Assembly: GCA_029933705.1 (NCBI GenBank)
Contig: JAOZNQ010000003.1
Coordinates: 1-33,743, forward strand
Reading direction: 5' to 3'
DNA: 33,743 nt
Source of the DNA: a bacterium
GTDB taxonomy: Bacteria; Hydrothermota; Tepidihabitantia; SM23-42
Part shown: positions 8,073-14,523 of the stretch, piece by piece
Position numbering within the stretch: position 1 is the first letter of the stretch
Layout of the letters: each line of letters opens with the position of its first letter
The notes under the pieces: model-generated
The model's input: the letters and a program-made list of their open reading frames with translations, nothing else
What the model was told of the DNA's origin: nothing
The model's database searches: none
Made by a program: the position numbers and the translations under genes

Positions 8073-8428
8073 CAATGCCTCCTTTTCTTTAATAGAACAA
8101 CCGCCTCATCCACAGAAATTTTACCCTGGGCAAGGGCATCTATGGGGTCGGCAAATTCTTCTAATGGGGTGAGTTTTAACCTTGTTAAGAGGTTGTCAAT
8201 CTTCTGCTTGATACTGGGGTAGGAGAGACCGAGGAGTCGCTCCATTTCAGTGATTCGACCGCGACTGCGCAGGAAGATGATGAGAAATTCATAGTCTTCT
8301 TCAGAAAGCTGACAGAACTCACAGATCGGGATTTCTTTCTTGATGCTCAAGTCACAATTCGGGCATCTCAATTCACTGATCTTCATAGTCCTTCCACAAA
8401 CAGGACAATTAAAAATTTTTAACTTCAT
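8072..8428 (-). CDS. DUF2089-type zinc-ribbon + HTH regulator with a C-terminal SHOCT-like motif
   Basis: CPVCG...CPNC zinc ribbon, then EEDYEFLIIFLRSRGRITEMERLLGLSYPSIKQKIDNLL (HTH-like), and a C-terminal LAQGKISVDEAVVLLKK. Confidence 0.78.
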   Translation of the reverse strand: MKLKIFNCPVCGRTMKISELRCPNCDLSIKKEIPICEFCQLSEEDYEFLIIFLRSRGRITEMERLLGLSYPSIKQKIDNLLTRLKLTPLEEFADPIDALAQGKISVDEAVVLLKKRRH

Positions 8429-8433
8429 AGTCT

Positions 8434-8461
8434 ATTATAATCAAAATTTTTAATTTGTCAA
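8434..8461 (-). promoter_or_regulatory. sigma70-type promoter of the DUF2089 operon; implies a leaderless transcript
   Basis: On the minus strand: TTGACA (8461-8456), 16-nt spacer, TATAAT (8439-8434). The ATG at 8428 is 5 nt downstream. Confidence 0.6.
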
Positions 8462-8725
8462 GGGGTAAAATGCAATTTTTTTAATATAAATATGCTTGCT
8501 CAATTTTTCGCTAAAATGTTGTATTTTAAATTTAATTCGAAAAGTCGTTTTTGTTGATGTAATTCTTTAATTTATTTTCCTCTGGTTGATTTCGGTGAGA
8601 GGTGTGTTATTTGATAATTTAATGGTAATTGAACGATTTATTCAGATAAGATACTTTGGAGCTGAGATATTTTAACTGAGTAAGAGGTCGAACAACCTAA
8701 ATTGAAATTTCAGTAATTTTACCTA

Positions 8726-8753
8726 TTGACAATTTGTAAATTCTTAATATAAT
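8726..8753 (+). promoter_or_regulatory. sigma70-type promoter of the 8788 gene, with a 34-nt leader carrying an SD
   Basis: TTGACA (8726-8731), 16-nt spacer, TATAAT (8748-8753). The SD GAAAGGAGG at 8775-8783 precedes the ATG at 8788. Confidence 0.6.
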
Positions 8754-8787
8754 TGAACATATTTTCTAAATTTAGAAAGGAGGCGGT

Positions 8788-9672
8788 ATGCTTTTTTTAA
8801 CATTATTACTTGTGGGAGAACTCTGTCACACTTCAGGGTTGATCGATATCCCCACAGCTCCGCAGTATGATATACCGGGTATGTGGGGTGGTGGTTTGAC
8901 ATTTTCATTTCCCATTTATAGTGAAGACCCGAACCCCGACGATGATGTAACACCTGATCCTGCAGATTTTACTATGGTCTTCAGATATGGATTTTTGGGA
9001 CGCGGTGAGGTTTCCATTGCGATGTATACACCAATTACCTATGCCCTGAGTGTTTCATATCTATTCAAAAAAGAAGAAGGGAATGCTCCGGCATTCTTTG
9101 GTGGAATTGACGATATTTCATATAATACCCATCTCTCAACCATTGGTATGAGTGCGGATCGGGGGTTTATTGAAGAGAAGAGTTATAGTAAATGTAATCA
9201 TCGGCCCTGGGAACTATTTTCCTGTTACTTAGCGATGAAGAAATCATTCTCCAAGGTTTTTAACCTCGTACTCGGTCTGGGCCGGGGAAGGTTTGTTGGT
9301 TATGGCTGGCGCAGTCATATCTTTAACACCGACCTTTTCATCCTGGGCGAGGACTATGCGAATCCCGAAAAGAAGGCATCTCCCTGGGCCTTTGGTGTCT
9401 TTTTCGGTGGTTCGATAAAACTACCGGGTTCGCTTGAACTTATGGCAGAGATTGATGGTCGTGACGGCAATGCAGGGTTACGATATAATCATCGGTATTT
9501 CAGCCTGACCTTGGCTTTTGCCAAATGTGAACATTTCTGGAATAAGCGACCCTGGTCACCAAGGTTTACCCTCGGTTTTGAATCGACGAATCGTTTTATG
9601 CTTGAGGCGCCGAAGGTCGGTTCAATTGAGTGTGTTATTCGTGATAATACAACCAAACAGTTGTGGATATAA
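8788..9672 (+). CDS. Exported or outer-membrane protein of unknown family (possibly YjbH-like). It probably forms the 5' part of one gene with 9663-10424.
   Basis: Strong SD and a hydrophobic N-terminus. The GLIDIPTA motif near the N-terminus is reminiscent of YjbH-type polysaccharide-associated OM proteins (weak). The last residues, GSIECVIRDNTTKQ, look like the first strand of a CarboxypepD_reg-like domain that continues in the next ORF. Confidence 0.5.
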   Translation: MLFLTLLLVGELCHTSGLIDIPTAPQYDIPGMWGGGLTFSFPIYSEDPNPDDDVTPDPADFTMVFRYGFLGRGEVSIAMYTPITYALSVSYLFKKEEGNAPAFFGGIDDISYNTHLSTIGMSADRGFIEEKSYSKCNHRPWELFSCYLAMKKSFSKVFNLVLGLGRGRFVGYGWRSHIFNTDLFILGEDYANPEKKASPWAFGVFFGGSIKLPGSLELMAEIDGRDGNAGLRYNHRYFSLTLAFAKCEHFWNKRPWSPRFTLGFESTNRFMLEAPKVGSIECVIRDNTTKQLWI

Positions 9673-10424
9673 AAGAGTTGAATAAAAGGTATAAGACAAG
9701 AGGTGGTACATTCGGTCTGAGTCTGCCTGCTGGGAACTACACAGTGACCGTATCAAAGCCCAATTATGTTGATTATATTGCGAAGATTAATGTGAAACCC
9801 GGAATCAAGACCAAGTTGATCTTCAATCTGAAAAAGACCGAGGAGGCATTGAGAAAAGAGGCTGCACTTATTGAAAAAGAGAAAAATATTAAAAGGTATT
9901 TTGATCAGGGTAAAATTTACTATTCAGAAGGGAAACTTGATCAGGCAAAGGCTGCGTTTGAGATGGTTCTCTCTTTGAACCCTGATCACCAGGGTGCAAG
10001 GGACTATTTGGGTAAGATTGAACCGCGACGCCAGGAACTTATTCAGGTCTATTCGGCTGAAGCGATGGCAAGGGAGAAGGTCAAGGATTTGACCAAGGCG
10101 ATTGAATTCTGGCAGAAGGTTCTTGAACTTGATGCAAACAATACGCAGGCCAAGGCCGCGATTGCGAAGTTGCAGAAACAGATTGCCAGACCGAAGAAAC
10201 CGTCGAAGAAGAAGCCCGCAAAGAAGGTAACCCAGCCCAAGATGACCGCAGCACAGATTGAAGCCCTATACAAAAAAGGTGTTTCATACTTTACTGCAGA
10301 AAAATATGATGAGGCATTGAAGGTCTTCAAACAGGTACTTGCCTACAATCCTAATCACAAAGGTGCCAAGGAATATAAGAAGAGAACCGAGGCAAGAATT
10401 AAGATACTGAAGGGCGGGGGTTAA
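9663..10424 (+). CDS. CarboxypepD_reg-like beta-sandwich (N-terminally incomplete) plus a TPR-repeat protein with a Lys/Pro-rich linker
   Basis: GGTFGLSLPAGNYTVTVSKPNYVDYIAKINVKPGIKTKLIFNL, then TPR-like helices (YYSEGKLDQAKAAFEMVLSLNPDH; AIEFWQKVLELDANN; YFTAEKYDEALKVFKQVLAYNPNH). The only available start is a GTG with no SD. Confidence 0.6.
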   Translation: MDIKELNKRYKTRGGTFGLSLPAGNYTVTVSKPNYVDYIAKINVKPGIKTKLIFNLKKTEEALRKEAALIEKEKNIKRYFDQGKIYYSEGKLDQAKAAFEMVLSLNPDHQGARDYLGKIEPRRQELIQVYSAEAMAREKVKDLTKAIEFWQKVLELDANNTQAKAAIAKLQKQIARPKKPSKKKPAKKVTQPKMTAAQIEALYKKGVSYFTAEKYDEALKVFKQVLAYNPNHKGAKEYKKRTEARIKILKGGG

Positions 10425-10507
10425 GCCACACCCGGGACTTTAAAAAAGAGAAACATCGGACATCCTGATACTGGTAAGTTTGTATATAGAAGGTAGTTAA
10501 GGGTTCT

Positions 10508-10708
10508 GTAACCTTCCTGAATATTGTAGATACATCTGAAACCGCACGCGAGATTTATTCAAGAGGTTATTAAAAGATATTGTGTATGTCTGCAGTGCCG
10601 CTTAATTATATTATTGATAAAGATGGTAAAATTGTTGAAGGCTGGTATGGCTATCAGGAAGATGAAGAAAGGGGCCTCCGAGTCCTTGAAAAGTTGGGTA
10701 TAAAGTAA
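10508..10708 (+). pseudogene. Remnant of a thioredoxin-fold (TlpA/redoxin-like) gene
   Basis: Three consecutive frames carry fragments: VTFLNIVDTSETAREIYSRGY*, QEVIKRYCV and MSAVPLNYIIDKDGKIVEGWYGYQEDEERGLRVLEKLGIK* (10586-10708). These match the C-terminal half of TlpA-like proteins (..V.GVP..flIDkdGkIv..). No CxxC-containing N-terminal part is present. Confidence 0.45.
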
Positions 10709-10741
10709 TCTTTCTGAAACATATAGTTTTTATGATAAAAA

Positions 10742-11509
10742 TTACCTTAAGCTGGAATTTGTTGTTCTGGTTTTCTTCAGTATACCCAGTTTGGCTCCGC
10801 GTCTTTCCCAGGTTCCTTTGAAGGTAATCATAAAAGAGAGTATGATAAGTTTTAAATCGAGGAGAAAACTTTTCTTTCTGATATAGAGCAGGTCATATCT
10901 GAATTTATATCTTCTGGGAATATCCCGTGGAGCCCAGATCTGGGCGATTCCGGTGAGTCCGGGTCTCGCCATTATGCGGATCTCATAGCCTGGAACCTGT
11001 TTAATATCATATGTGCCACCATTCGTATGGACTTCAATTTCCGCAGGCAACAGGGCACGCGGGCCAACAAAACTCATATCACCAAGCAATATATTTATCA
11101 GCTGGGGTAGTTCATCGAGTGCACAACTCCTTAAAATCCTGCCCACCCGGGTGACCCTTTCATCATCCGTGCGGGCCTGGATACTAATTTTTTCTTGTAA
11201 TGCCGAATGTTTCATCGAACGGAATTTGAAACTGTCAAAGAGCCTGCCCTGCTTTCCGATACGTTTCTGTTTGATTATTATCGGAAAGCCGTCCTCGATA
11301 ATTATCGCAATCGCTATAATGACCCAGAGCCAGGATGAAATAATTAGACCGAAGAGTGAAAGGAGGATGTCAAAGGGCCTTTTGAGTTTCGGCTCTGAAT
11401 AGCAAATCGAACCGGTGCTCTTTGTAGTATCAATACTCCTCTGCCGGATTATCGGATAGGGCAGAATCTGTTCAAATGGAGTTATCACCCTGAACAGAAA
11501 ATTCTTCAT
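10742..11509 (-). CDS. Undecaprenyl-phosphate sugar phosphotransferase (bacterial sugar transferase family, exopolysaccharide priming enzyme)
   Basis: RPFDILLSLFGLII TM segment, then KQKRIGKQGRLFDSFKFRSM and DELPQLINILLGDMSFVGPRA. Confidence 0.88.
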   Translation of the reverse strand: MKNFLFRVITPFEQILPYPIIRQRSIDTTKSTGSICYSEPKLKRPFDILLSLFGLIISSWLWVIIAIAIIIEDGFPIIIKQKRIGKQGRLFDSFKFRSMKHSALQEKISIQARTDDERVTRVGRILRSCALDELPQLINILLGDMSFVGPRALLPAEIEVHTNGGTYDIKQVPGYEIRIMARPGLTGIAQIWAPRDIPRRYKFRYDLLYIRKKSFLLDLKLIILSFMITFKGTWERRGAKLGILKKTRTTNSSLR

Positions 11510-11515
11510 CTGCCA

Positions 11516-11543
11516 AGTCTATTGATTACAGCAATAATATCAA
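11516..11543 (-). promoter_or_regulatory. sigma70-type promoter of the sugar transferase gene; implies a leaderless transcript
   Basis: On the minus strand: TTGATA (11543-11538), 16-nt spacer, TAGACT (11521-11516). The ATG at 11509 is 6 nt downstream. Confidence 0.5.
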
Positions 11544-11662
11544 TGGGTTAATATACAAGAAATGGCGTAGGTAGAAATACCTATCAGGATTGAAGCTTAT
11601 TCAGCAGGTTATACTGGAAACTACTTTGATTCTGGATAAGAACACCATTTCGAATTTCAGAA

Positions 11663-11715
11663 TTCGGAATTGAAAAAGAAATTGTTATTCTGAACTTGTT
11701 TCAGGTCTCAATATT
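11663..11715 (+). repeat. Intergenic hairpin repeat, copy A (core)
   Basis: TTCGGAATTGAAAAAGAAATTGTTATTCTGAACTTGTTTCAGGTCTCAATATT aligns with 33571-33625 at 43 identical positions over 55 columns with two small indels. It contains a CTGAA/TTCAG hairpin. Weaker similarity, starting at ATTCTGG, extends upstream to 11629. Confidence 0.6.
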
Positions 11716-11784
11716 TTAGACCGGATAAACCGGACCTGCAATAGTTTTTGGCGAGTAAGATTATTTTTGATGAAAATCGGACAG

Positions 11785-11812
11785 TTGACAATCATAAGTT
11801 TGCTGGTATAAT
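11785..11812 (+). promoter_or_regulatory. sigma70-type promoter of the uppS operon; implies a leaderless transcript
   Basis: TTGACA (11785-11790), 16-nt spacer, TATAAT (11807-11812). The ATG at 11818 is 5 nt downstream. Confidence 0.65.
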
Positions 11813-11817
11813 AGTCT

Positions 11818-12531
11818 ATGGCCGATATAATGCATGTGGCAATTATTATGGACGGCAATGGCCGATGGGCAAAGAAGCGGGGCCTACCCCGGGCGATCGG
11901 CCATCAACAAGGGGTTGAGTCGGTTCGGGCAGTTGTAAAGGCGGCAAGACGTTTGGAAATAAAATATCTCACCCTCTATACATTCTCTACAGAAAATTGG
12001 TTCCGGCCAGAAAATGAGGTGAAGACATTGATGGATATGCTTGAAAAGATAATCGTGCGTGAGACCCCGGAACTGCATAAGAATAATGTACGGATAAATG
12101 CCATCGGCCGTTTGGATACCCTTTATAAAAATGCCCGGGATGCCCTAAACAGATCTATGGCTCTGACCAGGAATAACAGCGGCTTGGTTTTGACCCTCTG
12201 TTTAAGTTATGGGGGTAGGGGTGAGATCATCGATGCGGTAAAGAATATTATCAACCAGGACCGCAAAGAAAATTTTGACCTTAAAAATTTCAATGAAGAG
12301 ACATTCAGAAATTTTCTTTACGACCCAACATTACCGGACCCTGATCTTCTGATCCGAACCGGGGCGCAAAATAGAGAGAGGATATCAAATTTTCTGCTTT
12401 GGCAGATCGCCTATACCGAGATCTACTTTACCCGAACCCTCTGGCCTGATTTCCGGGAGCGGGAATTCCTCAAGGCCATTGATAATTTCAAGAAAAGGGA
12501 GCGTCTTTTTGGCCGAATCCAGCGAGCTTAA
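11818..12531 (+). CDS. uppS: Isoprenyl transferase (undecaprenyl-diphosphate synthase)
   Basis: HVAIIMDGNGRWAKKRGLPR, YLTLYTFSTENW and ERISNFLLWQIAYTE motifs. Confidence 0.95.
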   Translation: MADIMHVAIIMDGNGRWAKKRGLPRAIGHQQGVESVRAVVKAARRLEIKYLTLYTFSTENWFRPENEVKTLMDMLEKIIVRETPELHKNNVRINAIGRLDTLYKNARDALNRSMALTRNNSGLVLTLCLSYGGRGEIIDAVKNIINQDRKENFDLKNFNEETFRNFLYDPTLPDPDLLIRTGAQNRERISNFLLWQIAYTEIYFTRTLWPDFREREFLKAIDNFKKRERLFGRIQRA

Positions 12532-13315
12532 AAAGAGAACCCGAACCGGCACCTTTCTGGTTCTGGCAATCCTCTTTTTTCTCTGGGTTGACCATATTTT
12601 TCTTCCGATTGTCCTGCTTTTCTTTATTACCTTTGCGACGAATGAATATTTTCGATTCTGGCATCGTAAGGATATATATCCCCATACCTTGGCAGTGCTC
12701 TTGCCTGGCTATATAATTCCATTTCTTTTCTTCTATGAAATCGATTTCAGACTCCCGGGCTTTGTCCTTTTCTTTTTTATCGCCATTCTTTCGGTTATGC
12801 GGTTTCCCGGGTCACGTCAGAAACCGAATTTTCTTGCTGAACTCTCCGCAGCATATTTCGGGGTGATCTATCTTTCTCTATTGCCGTCAACGATTATTCC
12901 TTTGAGAAAATTCGGTTTTACTATTGCGGTTTTGCCCTTAATTTTTACCTGGCTTTATGATACATTTGCATATTTAGTAGGAACTGCATTGGGCCGTCAT
13001 AAGATGGCAGAAGCAATCAGTCCAAAAAAAACCTGGGAAGGAACCTTACTCGCATTTCCTTTGACATTTCCAGTTGTATATTTCTTAAACCGGTTCTGGC
13101 TGAGTAGTTTCAACCTTCTTGATGATATCATAATAACCCTCGGTATCGGTATCCTGGGAACAGTGGGTGACCTACTGGAATCCGGGATGAAAAGGGAGGT
13201 TGGGTTGAAGGATGCATCAAAGGTATTCCCTGGCCATGGCGGATTTATGGACCGGCTCGATTCCCTGCTTTTCAATGTGCCATTTTTCTATCTGTATCTG
13301 ACCTTCAGGATATGA
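12509..13315 (+). CDS. cdsA: Phosphatidate cytidylyltransferase
   Basis: Polytopic membrane protein with the signature ESGMKREVGLKDASKVFPGHGGFMDRLDS. The start is proposed at TTG 12509 (AAGGGAG SD, 7 nt upstream). The ORF track opens at another TTG at 12479. Confidence 0.85.
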   Translation: MAESSELKKRTRTGTFLVLAILFFLWVDHIFLPIVLLFFITFATNEYFRFWHRKDIYPHTLAVLLPGYIIPFLFFYEIDFRLPGFVLFFFIAILSVMRFPGSRQKPNFLAELSAAYFGVIYLSLLPSTIIPLRKFGFTIAVLPLIFTWLYDTFAYLVGTALGRHKMAEAISPKKTWEGTLLAFPLTFPVVYFLNRFWLSSFNLLDDIIITLGIGILGTVGDLLESGMKREVGLKDASKVFPGHGGFMDRLDSLLFNVPFFYLYLTFRI

Positions 13316-14523
13316 ATCAGAAGACACCACTTGCAGATCGAATTCGACCAAAAGAGCTGAATGAGGTTCTCGGTCAGGAGCATCTTCTGGGTCCGGGACG
13401 TCCGATTCATCGACAGATTGAACAGGGTAGACTATTCTCAATGGTCCTTTTCGGCCCGCCTGGCAGTGGTAAGACCACAATTGCCCGACTGCTTGCCAGA
13501 AAGTTATCTGCTGACTTCAGTTCATTTTCTGCGGCAACGAGCGGTATCGTTGAGATCAGGAAGTTTATGGTTGAGGCCGAGCGTCGCAAACAGCTGTATA
13601 ATCGTGATACAGTTATCTTTATTGATGAAATCCATCGATTTAATAAGGCCCAGCAGGATGCCTTTCTGCCGTATTTAGAAAAGGGCACGATTACTCTAAT
13701 CGGAGCGACAACAGAAAACCCTTCTTTTGAACTGAACTCAAGCCTCATCTCAAGGGTGAAGGTCTATATGCTTTATCCATTGAAATTTGAAGATATTAAG
13801 ACTATATTGAAACGGGCATTGAAATCCAAGGAGGGTTTAAATAATGAGTTTGAATTGAGTGAGGATGCCCTCAATTTTATCGCCAATATTTCCGACGGGG
13901 ATGCCAGGGTTGCATTGAATGCCCTTGAGCTTTCAGCGCTCGCCACCAAAACAAAGGTGATTGACCTTAAGACGGTCGAGGAGGTGGTTCAGAAAAAGGC
14001 CCTCCGTTATGATAAGGGTGGTGAGGAGCATTATAATCTTATCAGTGCCCTTCATAAATCGTTAAGGGGTTCAGACCCGGATGCAGGACTCTACTGGCTT
14101 GCCCGTATGCTTGAGGCCGGGGAAGATCCCCTTTATATTGCACGGAGATTGGTGAGATTCGCAGTTGAGGATGTAGGAATTGCTGATCCTCAGGCCCTGG
14201 TTGTTGCGATTGCGGCACGTGATGCAATCGATTTTATCGGCCGGCCTGAAGGTGATCTCGCCTTGGCCCAGGCGGTTGTATATCTGGCAAAGGCCCCAAA
14301 GAACAATCAGCTGTATCTGGCCTATGAAAAGGCAAAGGATGATGCCTTGAAGACACTTGCTGAACCTGTTCCCCTGCATATCAGGAATGCGCCAACCCCA
14401 TTGATGAAGAAACTGGGCTATGGAAAGGGTTATAAATACCCTCACGATTATCCCGGGGCCAAGGTAGAGCAGGATTATCTACCAGAGAGGCTCAAGGGTA
14501 AAAAATATCTTGAAGAAAAGTGA
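13312..14523 (+). CDS. rarA: Replication-associated recombination protein A (AAA+ ATPase, MgsA/RarA)
   Basis: Walker A GPPGSGKTT, IFIDEIHRFNKAQQDAFLP, and a C-terminal MgsA-type helical domain (HYNLISALHKSLRGSDPDAGLYWLARML). ATGA overlap with cdsA. Confidence 0.92.
   Translation: MNQKTPLADRIRPKELNEVLGQEHLLGPGRPIHRQIEQGRLFSMVLFGPPGSGKTTIARLLARKLSADFSSFSAATSGIVEIRKFMVEAERRKQLYNRDTVIFIDEIHRFNKAQQDAFLPYLEKGTITLIGATTENPSFELNSSLISRVKVYMLYPLKFEDIKTILKRALKSKEGLNNEFELSEDALNFIANISDGDARVALNALELSALATKTKVIDLKTVEEVVQKKALRYDKGGEEHYNLISALHKSLRGSDPDAGLYWLARMLEAGEDPLYIARRLVRFAVEDVGIADPQALVVAIAARDAIDFIGRPEGDLALAQAVVYLAKAPKNNQLYLAYEKAKDDALKTLAEPVPLHIRNAPTPLMKKLGYGKGYKYPHDYPGAKVEQDYLPERLKGKKYLEEK

Noticed and set aside
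8462-8725. The ~260-nt AT-rich core of the divergent region between the DUF2089 operon and the 8788 gene, searched for small ORFs, repeats or an operator palindrome.
   Set aside because: Only short imperfect A/T palindromes are present, as expected from the base composition. There is no SD-led ORF and no repeat shared with other spacers. I could not support any feature beyond the two flanking promoters.
10160-10235. A Lys/Pro-rich stretch (ARPKKPSKKKPAKKVTQPK), considered as a possible tandem DNA repeat.
   Set aside because: It is low-complexity at the protein level only, with no exact nucleotide repeat unit. It is most simply a flexible linker between TPR blocks.
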